Part shown: positions 27,182 through 39,929 of the stretch, in pieces
How positions within the stretch are numbered: the stretch's first letter is position 1
Layout of the letters: every line of letters starts with the position of its first letter
DNA from: Octopus sinensis
Taxonomy: Eukaryota
Reading direction: 5' to 3'
Length of the DNA: 64,000 nucleotides
Assembly (NCBI RefSeq): GCF_006345805.1
Contig: NC_042999.1
Coordinates: forward strand, 64,604,001-64,668,000
The notes under the pieces: generated by a model
Database searches by the model: none
What the model was told of the DNA's origin: nothing
The model's input: the letters and a program-made list of their open reading frames with translations, nothing else
Translations under genes and position numbers: made by a program

Positions 27182-27204
27182 GTAAGTATGTATCATGAGT
27201 CGCC

Positions 27205-27395
27205 ATGATAGATCGTTAGCCACTACACACATTTTTTCTCTCCTTTTATCTCTCCTTGTTTTTTTCTGTGTCCCTTTCTGTAGAAGACCGTAGGATCGAA
27301 ACGTAAAAGACTACTATTCCTGAGCGTTATACTAATACATCTGTTTGTTTTGTACACCACATGTCTTCGTCTTTTGTCTATTTTCGTAAACTCTA

Positions 27396-27398
<3 letters not shown>
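27205..27398 (+). mobile_element. About 200-bp TA-flanked repeat, copy of the 55660-55858 family
   Basis: Direct sequence similarity along its length. Confidence 0.55.
27274..27309 (+). ncRNA. Hammerhead-like motif (same family as 55731-55766)
   Basis: cttt-CTGTAGA-a-gacc(gtag)gatc-GAAA-cg-TA-aaag, with one stem II mismatch. Confidence 0.42.
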
Positions 27399-27439
<41 letters not shown>

Positions 27440-27519
27440 TACACACATATATATGTATATCAATAATTGCTTTGATCTCTTAAAGAGATTTTAGAACTAG
27501 CATTTTTCCTTGTTCTATC

Positions 27520-27605
<86 letters not shown>

Positions 27606-28923
27606 ATCGTCTGTAAAAAATATAAATCCGAAAGAAGAAGCACACTCTAAGATGTAAAGCAGTATATATTAAAAATAGGGAGAGCCGGTTTATAGGATTA
27701 CCCATAAAGTTAAACCCTTTATGAACGGGAAACCTAAAGTAATCCCATAAACCAGCCCTTCCCATTTTTAATATATATATATATATTCACAATATTTTTC
27801 ATCTTTTTGGATAATGGTTTTTCTATTTTAGTTTCAAGTCAACCGTCACCATGCATTTTCCCCCACGATGAAAATCATCCAAGCTGTGATCATTCAGGCA
27901 TATAGCATAACTCTCGCTCAATATTTTCCAATGTTTCATCTCAATTTTAAAGCAATATCATATATATTTGAGGAAGATTTGATTGCTAGGTTTAGAAGAT
28001 TGAGCAGCCAAGTAGATGCTTCCTCAATGATTGCGAACCTCTTGTAAATTCTGCCTGTTATTAATAGCGGAATCTATTGAAACTAATAATTTAATAATCT
28101 TTTTCACGCTATAATAACTGCCGCCCGGTATCAACGTAAAGAAAATCATTATTATTGCGAAGCTACGATTAAATAAACGACACAAGACTTGGTACAACGC
28201 TATGAATACACATATATTCATTAAATAATTATAATGATTCGTGACAAGTAACCATTCGGTTCATACTGAAGAACTTGTTATATGAATACACTTACACACA
28301 CACCTATATCAGAATGTGTGTATATATTCTTGTGTGCATTCATGTTTGTAATTTATAGACTTAGAACAGCTTCGCTTTCAAACATGTCTTAAAGGCACGA
28401 GCGCGGTTGAGTTTGATCGTCTTCGTTAAAGGTTGTTTCAACACTTCCTTAATCCATTGATATCCCCGGGCAATCATATTTCTATGGCATGTTTTCGAGC
28501 GCTTTTGCACAGGTTGTTGGGTTTGATGGTGAATTTCTTTTAATAATCCGATGGTTAAATCCAGCAGTTTTGCTTGTTGTGTATATTGATTGTGGCTAAT
28601 CAAATGATCGCACCAATTATCAAAGTGCCGTGAAAATATGTGAAACAGTGAAGAAATCTAGAACGTAATAAGATCCTAATACATTTGTGTCTTGACCCGT
28701 ATGTAAGTATGTTTGTTTGTATGTATGTATGTATGTATGTATGTATGTATGTATGTCTCTTCTATTTTTTAATTATTAGAAATCTTCCATTGAGAGGGAG
28801 CCAGTTTCCAACAAAGATACAAGGCTGCATCTTTGGGATGTAGTTAACACAGACAAATTCACATTTGGAACTTGAGAAAAGTCTTGCATATTTTTACTGT
28901 TCCACTCACAATATGCATGTATG

Positions 28924-28957
<34 letters not shown>

Positions 28958-29574
28958 TGTATGTATGTATGTATGTATGTATGCATACATGTATGTATAT
29001 ATATATGTATGTATGTACGTATTTATGTATGTATGTATGTATGTATGTAGGAACTCTTGAGAGTCAACGGCCATCCAATAAATGTCTTAAGGCTGGATCA
29101 TGCCCGGGGACATAGAAATAATCGGACTGAATACCCGATCGCGCAGTTAAACCATTGGGAGTGAAGGTCTCCTAGCCTTTGTTAGGGCATCCTTCTAGGA
29201 GAAGGTAACTCAGGTAACTGGGATAACTCCGATATAAAACCTGCGGCTCAGTGGTTACCGATGATGTTGACTTGTTCTTCTTTTCGGATTATGGCTGCTG
29301 TTGCTTAGTGAGTGGGATTGACTCAGTGCATAGCCTTTCCCCACTTAAAAAAATCTTCTTGCACAGGCATTGCACGATAACAACATTGATTAAGCTTCGT
29401 GCAATGGCCATACTCCATAACGAGGGGGCAGCCACCATGTATGTATGTATGTATGTATGTATGTATGTATGTATGTATGTATGTATGTATGTATGTTGTA
29501 TGTAGGCATGTATGTGTGTATGTATGTATGTGTGTGTGTTTGTATATATGTATTTATTTTTGGAGATATATATC

Positions 29575-29715
29575 AGGCAAGGCTAACGTTTTCGAGAAGT
29601 GGGTCGCATGATGTATAATCAATCATCTGGCAGGCCGCGCTGCCAAAATAATTCAAGGTGATTTTTCGTTGGCGTGCCACTCATTAGCGGGCCGCAGGTT
29701 GCCGATTTCCATCTA
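29575..29715. mobile_element. Decayed hAT-like MITE
   Basis: caggcaaggctaac start and gcgggccgcaggttgccg subterminal motif. Confidence 0.4.
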
Positions 29716-30448
29716 TATAGAAATCTGTGGGAGATAAAATAAATAATAAAGAAAATGAAACAGCGGAGATGAAAAGAAGTAAAAAGATTAGTGATAAAAT
29801 ATACAAGGAATATAATAAAGAGAAAAAGAGGAAGAGATGAGGGGGAAAGAATGAAAAAGAGTGAAAAAAAGGGAAAGGGAGAGGCGGGGAATAGAATACA
29901 AGAAAGAGAAGGGGGCGTAGTGAGGATGAGAGAGTGAGGACAAGGGGACGAAGTATAGAAAAGGAGAGCAGAGGAAAGTTAAAAGAGACGGAAAAAGGAA
30001 TGGATGAATTTAGAGGGGAGAGGATCGGAAGAATGTGCGTGGGCGGGACTATGCATTTCTGTATAATGTGCTATATTTGTAGATGTGTTTGAGTGTGCGC
30101 GCACACACTCACACACATACACACATACACACACAAACACATACAGGTACATGGGTGTGTGCGATATACGCGTGAGTGTATGCGTGTGTGCATGTATGTG
30201 TGAGAGTGTGAGCGAGTGTGTGCGTATGCGTGCTTAACTGAGGGCGAGAAAAATATTCCCCTCATTCCAATGTAACATGTACAACAGCTGGACACTATGA
30301 AAGAGACCATGTGGTAAAAAGTCACGTGACTACACTAATCACCACCCCCGCTCTCTTTACACTCACGTAAATACATACATACATTACACTTTTTTCTCTC
30401 TCTTTGTCTCTCTCTCTCTGTCTCTCTCTCTCCCTCTTTATATAAATA

Positions 30449-31906
30449 CTAGCTTAAAAGCCGCAGTCCGTGCGGATTTTTAAGCTAGCCTCTGTGGAGG
30501 GCCAACTGGGCCAGGGGCCCAACACTAAAGAGAGCAATAACACTATAGCATTTATTAGTGTCCTACCATCTCAGATTTTTATCACAGAGTATCACATTTG
30601 GAGAATTTTGTATTATTGTGACATTTGGACATTACTGTAAAGCAGCAGAATAAACAATATTCTTGGTTTTATCATTTGGTGTGAGTATGAAGAGATTGTT
30701 GCCATTTCCAACTCTGGAACAACCAGCATAGAGGTGACCATGGGAAAAGCATTGCTGCATGAGGTTGAAGTCCAACAATTTCCAGTGATTGTCCTTCACT
30801 CTTGTTAATCGACATTGCAAAACTAACTCATACTGGAAATTGCTGTCTCTTGAATTCAAAGGACATGTCTGCTGGAATCAGTGGAATTCTTGGAATAAAC
30901 ACATTTTCTCCCTTTCCTTGTCCAGTGAGGATTGTTGCTTCCAAAAGATGTGGAAACATTTGCCTGACAATCAGTCTTGTTCTATTGCACAGCTTTGGAC
31001 GATCCATATTTCTTAAAGCATGATCAGAACTCCTTTCTTCAAAGTCAGTTTGTGAGAAAGCATTCAAGGAAGATCTAAAAGGCTTAAGTAACTCAGTAGG
31101 ATAATTCACAGCCTCATTGGGGTTCACAACATTATCAATTGAGAAATAATTTTTTTCATCAGTATTGATTGCATACGTTTTTAATTGATAACGTGGATAG
31201 TTTCATTCTTTGGTGCAAGTATGACTCTTTCACAAAGCGAATTGTGATTTTGAAAATTATGTCCAATGTTTGGATAAATCTTGGTAATCAAATCTTCTAT
31301 AGTTTTGACCAAAATGTCACAGCCATTTGGAAAAGTGATGTCTCCATTACTGTCTTGCTGAATGTTTCCATTTCTCAAATCCAGCAGCTGAGGTGCAAAT
31401 CTTCCAGCATTCAAATCTCTGAATAAACTGACTCCGCCGAAAGTCCGATCCGGCCGGAAGTTCGATCAGGCCGAATGTCCGATTCGGGTCGAAAGTTCGA
31501 GTTCTTCATTATTTCCTTCCGAGCCCTTCAATCCATAAACTTCGCAGAACTTCGAAACCTCACGAACACGAAATCTCTCACTCTAGTTTGGATCTGGTTT
31601 TAAATAAACTGAAATTTAGATATCTTTTAAATTCAAGAAGTTTTGCTATTACTTTAAATTCAGTTTAAATGAAAACATTCGAAGTTCTTTCAAAATTTGA
31701 ATTTTCAACTGTTAGCGTGTAAAAAATCCTCATCCAGACCTGACCCCAATGCTGGATGTTCAAGAACAAAATGAAGAATCGATTTTCAATCTCGGGATCA
31801 TCCTGATTCCAAAAATATATAATATGTCTATGTAAAGCAAATGTAGACAGAGATACAGGGGTTCCAGACGGACGGGCAGACACAATTTCGCGTTTATTAT
31901 ATTAGA
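30449..31906 (-). mobile_element. Internally deleted Helitron with both termini and a PIF1-like helicase C-terminal remnant
   Basis: 5' end A|TCTAATAATATAAACGCG at 31906. 3' end has a GC hairpin (ccgca-cggac-tgcgg) then CTAG|T at 30449. The frameshifted ORF at about 31430-30632 has RIPLIP, FAMSINKSEGQSL and SHGHLYAGCSRVG..TKNIVY motifs. A 17-bp subrepeat lies at 31437-31505. Confidence 0.88.
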
Positions 31907-31940
31907 TATATTATTTGATAAATGTCATATACGAAACTCA

Positions 31941-31951
31941 TGGCCCTTTTG

Positions 31952-32050
<99 letters not shown>

Positions 32051-32055
32051 GTCTG

Positions 32056-32136
<81 letters not shown>
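31941..32136. repeat. (TCTA)n microsatellite
   Basis: Directly visible. Others at about 23337-23440, 27520-27605, 33963-34048, 41650-41790 and 55072-55141. Confidence 0.95.
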
Positions 32137-32174
32137 ACTGATAGATAAATTTGTATGTACATATATATATATAT

Positions 32175-32987
32175 GATGATGGAAGATCAATTTGTCCGAA
32201 AAAGCAAAAGAAATCAGTACATCAGATCTAAAAGGCTCTTAAACAAACTGAAAAATCCAGCAGAAGATTTGATTTGTTTTTTCTTAAACGAGAAAATTTT
32301 CGACTAAGATCAAAAAGTTAACAGAAGAAATGACAGATGGTTATGTGCAGACCCTTCTGAAGATCCAAGTGTTATGCATACAGAATTTCCCGAAACTGTC
32401 ATGGTTTTAGGGTTTCTCAGCAATGAAGGACATGTAATGCCTCCTTACTTTTTTCCATAAGGCGTTAGAGTTAACTCTGCCGCCTACATTGAGGTTCTGG
32501 AAATAATGGTTAAGCTCTGGATAGACAGTGTGTGCAATGGAAGGCCATATGTGTTTCAGTAGGACTTTGCACTATCACACATGACTCTAGTAACACAGGA
32601 ATGGATGGATGAAAATTTTCATGATCACATAACCCCTAACATTTGGCCTCCCAATTTCCCAGATCTCAATCCATTGGACTATCATATGTGGAGCGTTGTT
32701 GAGAAAGAGGTCAATGAACACGCCCGTAACACCAAAGATTCTTTGAAAGCTGCCATAGTCAGAGTAATGTCCAAAATGAACCAGGACCACTTCATTTGAG
32801 CATGTAGGTGATTTAGATCTCATATCGAAGCAGTTGTTGAAGTCGAAAGTGGCTTTATTGAACAAGATTACAGAAAAGAAGGTTTATTTTTATCCTCATA
32901 GCATTTTTTGATAAATAAAGTTATTTTCTGTTATTATATATGTTTTTTTTATAAACAGATCTGTCCTCAAATATCTTACGTACCCTG
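32175..32987 (+). mobile_element. maT (DD37D) Tc1/mariner transposon remnant with right TIR
   Basis: Reading through stops: F(LN)EK..VMVLGFLSNEG..YVFQ*DFALSH..WPPNFPDLNPLDY, with 37 residues between the 2nd and 3rd Asp. Ends ...taccctg|TA. Confidence 0.88.
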
Positions 32988-33963
32988 TACATATATGCAT
33001 ATATGTATATATCTATGTTTGTGTTTATCTTGCTCCTGCTTTACAATCGGTGTTTGTTTGATTATGTCCTCGTAACGTAGCGGTTCGGCGGTAGAGCCAG
33101 ATAGAATAAGTGCCAGTATCAAAAATATGTATTGGGGGTCGAATTGTTCCTGCCAAACCTTGAAGATAGCACCCCAGCTTTGCCGCAGTCTGATGATTGA
33201 AACAAGTAAAAGATAAAATATACAGTTCAATGGAAATATGCTTGCAGGGTTAGGGTTAGGGTTTTATCTCATTTGGCTGCGGTGACAAATTTCTCACATG
33301 TTTCTGCGTTATTAGTCCTCCTCAGTGAAGAATAGATTCTGTACATGCACATGTCCTTACCGGCAACATTCCAACACATTCCAACGCATTTCAACAGCAT
33401 TATCTTTGATTCCAACAGAGTGAGGTTAAATGTGAATGTCCCTTACTTTAATTCGATTAATTTGTTCCATTAAAACAAATTTGTGAAGACAAAAGAATCA
33501 GGTTAAAAAATTCTAGTTATGAAAATCTGTGTTTTAAAAGCAATGGTGCCAAATAGAGGCTTAATCAAATTCCAAATGAGACAAATTATTGCATTAGCAT
33601 TTTCGAAGAACGACAGAATAACGAATTCTGTTGATTTGAAATAAAAATTAAAAACACAAAGATGATTAGTGAAGTAAAATTATGCAAGGAAATTGCTTGT
33701 TATTGAGTGCAAATGGGTAGGAAAAAACAAAACAAAACTTAATATGAAGGTAATACTCAGCGTGTGTGTAATGTGTGCGTGTAAGTTTGCATGTGTGTGT
33801 ATGTATGCGTGCGTGCGCGTGAGCGTGAGTATGCATGTATACACATGTACATATGTACGTATATGTGTATGTATATATGCACATACACGCATACATACAT
33901 ATATATGTATGCAAACTCTTTCTCCCTCTCTCACGCACGCACATGCATGCACATATACACGTA

Positions 33964-34036
<73 letters not shown>

Positions 34037-34282
34037 GTCTGTCTATCTGTCACCATGAAATCAACGTTAGCCTTCTTAACCCAGAAATAAATAATTCATC
34101 CACCAACGCATTGTTCGATATTAGCGGATATATAATATATATAATATATATATATATATATAATATTATATATATATATTATATATATATATATATGTAT
34201 AAGGGTGAAAAGGAACACACGAGTTGATATATATGAAAAAACAAGTCAAAAATAGAAAATGCTAAAATAATTTTATAGTGAA

Positions 34283-34330
34283 CATTTCAGTACCGGTTTC
34301 GGTCATTTTGAGACCTTTTCAACTGTAACG
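34283..34330 (-). ncRNA. Minimal type I hammerhead ribozyme motif, exact inverted copy of 34808-34855
   Basis: The reverse complement of catttcagtaccggtttcggtcattttgagaccttttcaactgtaacg is identical to the plus-strand copy. Confidence 0.7.
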
Positions 34331-34807
34331 ATTAAATAATTAAATTTAGAAAAATTAGAAGAAAAGTTTTTTTAAAAGAATATTTCTATAGTAGTGTTCA
34401 GATTTAAGTGGCATTCTGCCTTTCTCTGACTTCTTCTTCTTCTTCTTCTACTTCTCCACCTCCTACCCCTTAACTTTGTCACTAATGTCTTTTAGTATAA
34501 CACCTACGCAAATTCTATAAACAAGCCTGTCAATATAAATATTCTCCTGAATTGAACTGAGACTGCCAGCCGCCACTGACCATTCAAAATACGACCATCA
34601 GGGCACTCCCAGATTCTCCCACCCCCTTTCCTCACCAGCCGTCTTCCTCTACTACCCTACCAAGAACTCACAACGACCTCCAACACACAAGTGCAAACAA
34701 GGGAGTCAGAGAAAGGCAGAATGCCACTTAAATCTGAACACTACTATAGAAATATTCTTTTAAAAAAACTTTTCTTTTATTTTAAAAAAACTTTTCTTTT
34801 ATTTAAT

Positions 34808-34855
34808 CGTTACAGTTGAAAAGGTCTCAAAATGACCGAAACCGGTACTGAAATG
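34808..34855 (+). ncRNA. Minimal type I hammerhead ribozyme motif (U3-A8 core variant)
   Basis: cgttacag-TTGAAAA-ggtc(tcaaaat)gacc-GAAA-ccgg-TA-ctgaaatg. Stem I is CAG/CUG plus outer pairs, stem II is perfect over 4 bp, stem III is the palindrome ACCGGT, and the triplet is GUA. Confidence 0.7.
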
Positions 34856-34899
34856 TTCACTATAAAATTATTTTAGCATTTTCTATTTTTGACTTGTTT

Positions 34900-34945
<46 letters not shown>

Positions 34946-35030
34946 TATAAAAGATGTAGATGGAAAAAGCACAGAAGTAAATTTAAGACATTACTAGATG
35001 TACTTCTGAGCTATCTCTCCACCTCCATCT

Positions 35031-35064
<34 letters not shown>

Positions 35065-35194
35065 TATATATATATATATATATATGCATACATATCTGTG
35101 TGTATTGTATAAACATGTATACAAATACATATACACACAAGAATATATATATATATATATAGTATGTATGTATATGCAACATTTCGGGAATGGT

Positions 35195-35520
35195 GTAGAT
35201 ACCATTCAGGCTACATATATTTCATAGCTAGCGGAACCTCGGAAGTAGCAAATTATCCGAGCGAGGGATCGACCGCAAGTTACTCTTCGGGTCTAGGTTA
35301 CCTTGATTAAATGAAGTTTACACTGTCGGATGGCGATCCCGTGTAAGCTCACTGGGGATTCGATCGAAATCTCTACCATAATTTATAAGGGATGTAAACT
35401 TCACATAATGAAGGCAGCCTTGACCCGAAGAGTAGCTTCCGGTCTACTCCTCGTTTGGATAACTTACTACTCCCGAGGTTTCGCGAGCTATGAAACATAC
35501 GTAGCCTGGATCTTATCTAC
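35195..35520. repeat. Foldback element, about 125-bp imperfect inverted arms with a 70-bp spacer
   Basis: 35204-35322 aligns without gaps to the reverse complement of 35393-35511 (roughly 80% by eye). Confidence 0.8.
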
Positions 35521-35869
35521 GGCATCCCTTAAATTTAATTTTGTATCTATGTATGTATCCCACCCCCGCACACACACTTCATTCATACTCAGAAACTCCG
35601 CTACCTTACTCTTTTACTTGTGTCAGTCAAATGGACTGTGGCCGTGCTGGAGCACCGCCTTTAGTCGAGCTGACCTATTCACCCCTTGAATATTGGAAAA
35701 GAGTTACTCGCATAATGATGATTCACGCTTACAGTGCCGACATCATATCTACTGTTCAGTGCTTCGTGAACACCGTAAAGGATGTAAGATGTGACGTGGA
35801 CAGATGCAACTGAAACTATGAAGCCGTAATCAGCAGGGAAGGACAGCGCAGGCGTTCTGACTGCATCCG

Positions 35870-36160
35870 CAAGCCGGGATTGATTCCAACAAATTTGAAC
35901 AGGATCTTAAACTCAATTTTGACGGCTATGTGAATTTGCTAGAGTCTGTGGTCAATCCGTAACTGGAGAAAATGACTACTGGAAGGCCACATGTACGATA
36001 TAGCAGAATTCGGCTCCTTGCTGTATCTCCCAAAATAGTCAAAAGTGGTTGTCGGAGGATTTCTACTTCACCAGCCTCCTAATTATCCCGATTGGATTAC
36101 TACTATACACAGGGCACATTTAAAGAAGACACCAACCGAATTGATGTCCAAGATCACATT
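35870..36160 (+). mobile_element. Highly decayed maT-like transposase fragment
   Basis: DGYVNLLESVVNP..GRPHV..QNSAPC..SQKWLSEDF..PPNYPD motifs are colinear with the 32.2-kb element. Confidence 0.55.
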
Positions 36161-36237
36161 TACATAAATACTGCGCTCACGCGCGCACACACGTGTGCGA
36201 GTAAGTTTATACCTATATAGTTATACTTATATGTATA

Positions 36238-36713
36238 AGCGCTGGCGTGGCTGTGTGGTAAGAAGCTCGCTACCCAACCACATGGTTCTGAGTTCGATCC
36301 CATTGCGTGGCAACTTGGGCAAGTGTCTTCTAGTATAGCCTTGGGCCGACTAAAAGCTTTATGAGTGGATTTGGTAGACTGAAACTGAAAGAATTCCTTC
36401 GTATATATATATATATGCATATATTTAAATAATGAGGGAGATAAATTGAATATTAATTTAATTAATATCATTTAAAAACCAGTAGCATATATTTATGTGT
36501 GTCTCTTTGTGTGTCACCCCTCCAACTATCGCTTGACAACCGTTGTTGGTGTGTTTACGTCCCAATAACTTAGCAGTACTGCAAAAGCGAAGGGACCGAC
36601 AGAATAAGTACCAGGCATACAAGGAATAAGTCCAGAAGTTGAGTTCTTCGACTAAAAGGCGGTGATGCAGCATGGCCCAGTCAAATGAATAAAACAAGTA
36701 AAAGAATAAAAGA
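36238..36713 (+). mobile_element. SINE family A, diverged
   Basis: Head, core and tail all recognisable. Confidence 0.8.
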
Positions 36714-36736
36714 ACAGGTATATATAAATATTCTTA

Positions 36737-37200
36737 TCTACTACATATGCGGGAAATTCTGTCTGTGGGTGTATTTGTGGCGTTGTTAACCAACTCCTAC
36801 ATCGTTTTATCGATTTTGATGAAACTTGACACGCGAGTAGAACTCATGTCTGGAAAGCTCATGGCATACTCAAATTGTTGAGAAAAATCGATAAGAGGCC
36901 CCCCCCTGAAAGGGGTCCTTATATATATCTAATATATTTTATTTTAAAATAACCCATTCGCCCCTGGAAGGGATCCTTATATATAGCTAAGGGAAATAAC
37001 CCATTCATTTTCCTAAATTATTTGGTAAAAATGAAATTGAGTATGCTTATTTCTTAGTATTTGAACTGTTAGAGTTATTTTCAAAATTTATACAGTACAA
37101 CACTTAAACGAATAAATAGCATTTTACCAAACAATAGATCCACTTATTTTGCTTAGTGACTTATTCACGAATATACCAACACTAGCACCTCTGAGGGTAA
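36737..37200 (+). mobile_element. Helitron-like 5' fragment (right boundary uncertain)
   Basis: A|TCTACTACATATGCGGGAAATTCTGTCTG start, an atcgattttgatgaaacttg motif, and aagggaaataac shared with the 17939 element. Confidence 0.45.
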
Positions 37201-38017
37201 TATTCTCTGGGAAAGCACAAAAGCGCTTTTCAGAGTTACTTACTTTGAATTATTATTATCTCATATCTGATTAGCCTGTTATTACCTAACACGCTTCATG
37301 ATTTTAGTATACGTACCTTATTAGTATTTCTTCTTATGTTCTATATACTCCGAGAACGCATTAAGGTCCTTCTCGGGGCTACTTTATTTGAATTCTGACT
37401 ATCGGGTAACTAATTTCATGTTATTACATAACTGACTTCACAACTTGGGCATTCATGATTTATTGGAAATTCCTAAAAACAAGATCCTGTTTAAGACAGT
37501 TCGGTATTGTTTGTAAATGTACAAAAATCGTTTCAAGGACTACATACTTTGTATTGTTGTTATTGGATTAGCGAAACAATTATGAGAACGGAACCAAGAG
37601 ATAAGCTCCGCCTTCCCGGGAATTACCCGGTACATTAGCTTGTGTGTGTATATATATATATTATATATATATATATATGCACACATACATACATACATAC
37701 ATACATACATACATACATACATACATACATACATACATACATACATACATACATAATGCAAACATATATATATATATAATTCTTTTATTTTTTGCTTGTT
37801 TCTGTAATTAGACCGTGCCCTTGCTAGGGCTCTACCTTGAAGAATTTTAGAAGAACGAATCGATCCAGAACTTTTTTGTCAATCAGTCTCGGTTTCAAGT
37901 GGTGGTGGAGGACACACACACACACACACACACATACACACACACACGTTCACATACGCAACCACACTCACAGATGCAGACACACACATATATTTGTATG
38001 TATATATTTAATATATT

Positions 38018-38126
<109 letters not shown>

Positions 38127-38140
38127 TATATATATATATA

Positions 38141-38567
38141 TGAGTAGCTGTGTGGTAAGAAGCTCGCTTCCCAACCACATGCTTCCGGGTTCAGTTCTAC
38201 TGTGTGGTATCTTGGGCAAGTGTCTTTATCTATATGCTTGGGCCAACTAATGCCTTTCTGAGTGGATTTGATGGACGGAAACTGAAAGAAGCCCGTCGTA
38301 TGTATGTATGTATGTATGTATGTATGTATGTATGTATGTATGTATGTATGTATGTATGTATGTATTTATTTTTCTGTGTTTGTTCCTCCTGCCCCATCGC
38401 TTGACAACATATGTTGGTGTGTTTACATCCTTGTGACTTAGCGGTTCGGCAAAAGATCCGATAGAATTAATAGTAACCACGCAAAGAATAAGTATGGGGG
38501 ACGATTTGTTCGACTCAAGGCAGTGCTCCAGCATGGCCGCAGTCAAATGACTGAAACTAGTAAAAGA
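38141..38567 (+). mobile_element. SINE family A
   Basis: Head, internal (TATG)n expansion, and tail. Confidence 0.82.
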
Positions 38568-39197
38568 TCTTTGCAAGCTGTACGCGCGCGCGTGTGGGTG
38601 TGTGCGTGGAATATGACAATTTAAGAAGCTCATAAAAGGTCCCATAGGAGTCACATGTCGTATAATGTTACCTGAAAAAAAATCTATACTTGTATTTCGG
38701 ATTGTTACTATTGGAATTCCTAAAATGTTAATTTCATTAAGTCAGGCACATATGCAATGCTTAGGGAGAACGTATAAGCGTGTATGGTATAAGGGAGATA
38801 ATTATTCCCTTTCTACTTATTAATTATGTCCCTTACACTATATTTTCTTGGTTATTAAAATAAGTATGCTTCAATCGCGATGCATTTAAATTTGGTCTTA
38901 TAATTACTTACACATAATGCCAACTTTGGTAGGTTCATGATACTAATGTTGTGCTTCTGTTGTGTATCAAGAGGTACACAGTCTTGTTGTTGTTATCCTT
39001 TTCAGGTTCATTAGACTGAGGGGTGCAAGGTCCTATTTCATTATGCCGGCTACCGTTTATTGATACTGGGGTCAGTTTTCGGGGGTTGTATAATGATTAA
39101 TATCGATATAATGTCGGATAAATATAACAATAACAACAATACCAGGATGGAATTTATAAATAAAGCGATGTATTAAATATTTATGAATTACATCCTG

Positions 39198-39227
39198 GTA
39201 TTATTATCATCATCATCATCATTATCA

Positions 39228-39288
<61 letters not shown>

Positions 39289-39396
39289 CATTATTATTAT
39301 TATCGTCGTCGTCGTCGTCATCATCATCATTATCATCATTATTATAATTATTATTATTATTGTTGTTATTATCATCATCATCATCATCATCATCAT
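39198..39396. repeat. Compound (ATT)n/(ATC)n/(GTC)n microsatellite
   Basis: Directly visible. Confidence 0.95.
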
Positions 39397-39495
39397 CAAG
39401 CATATAGATAAAGACACTTGCCCAAGATACCACACAGTGGAACTGAACCCGGAAGCATGTGGTTGGGAAGCGAGCTTCTTACCACACAGCTACTC

Positions 39496-39526
<31 letters not shown>

Positions 39527-39876
39527 AAAACTTATATATAAAGGACGTGAAATTCACGAATTGACAAACACGGAAAAACGGACAGTAATTCAGAGCCTTC
39601 ATTCTTCAGTCAGAAACCGATTCATCATGGCAAATTTCGGCTGTTTAATTCTGAGATGTGCTCCGAAAAGGCCAGCCCCAAGGCAAAAGCTAAGCTATGG
39701 GCATTAGATTTGCTTGGTAGAAGGAAAGAATGTGACAGTCGAGACGAACAGGGAAACAAGAGACGAAGATAGAATTTACAGTAACGAATAAAAACAGGAA
39801 TGATACGGGGGCGTCATACGACTTTGAGACAAAATGAGACAAAACAATTGATACACACACACACACACACACATTA

Positions 39877-39929
<53 letters not shown>

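Larger units (their letters stand above)
34227..34911. mobile_element. Long inverted repeat (arms 34227-34431 and 34704-34911) resembling an inverted Penelope-like pLTR arrangement
   Basis: Arms of about 205 bp are near-identical reverse complements except for an A/T-rich middle patch. The spacer is about 270 bp, and each arm carries a hammerhead motif. Confidence 0.65.

Noticed and set aside
28361-28603. 80-aa minus-strand ORF, possibly a Penelope fragment
   Set aside because: No convincing RT or GIY-YIG motif in any frame.
29730-30060. Long purine-rich tract (also about 25200-25340)
   Set aside because: Degenerate GA-rich low-complexity DNA with no mirror symmetry or unit structure I could establish.
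33246-33263. Under three copies of TTAGGG
   Set aside because: Too short to call an interstitial telomere.
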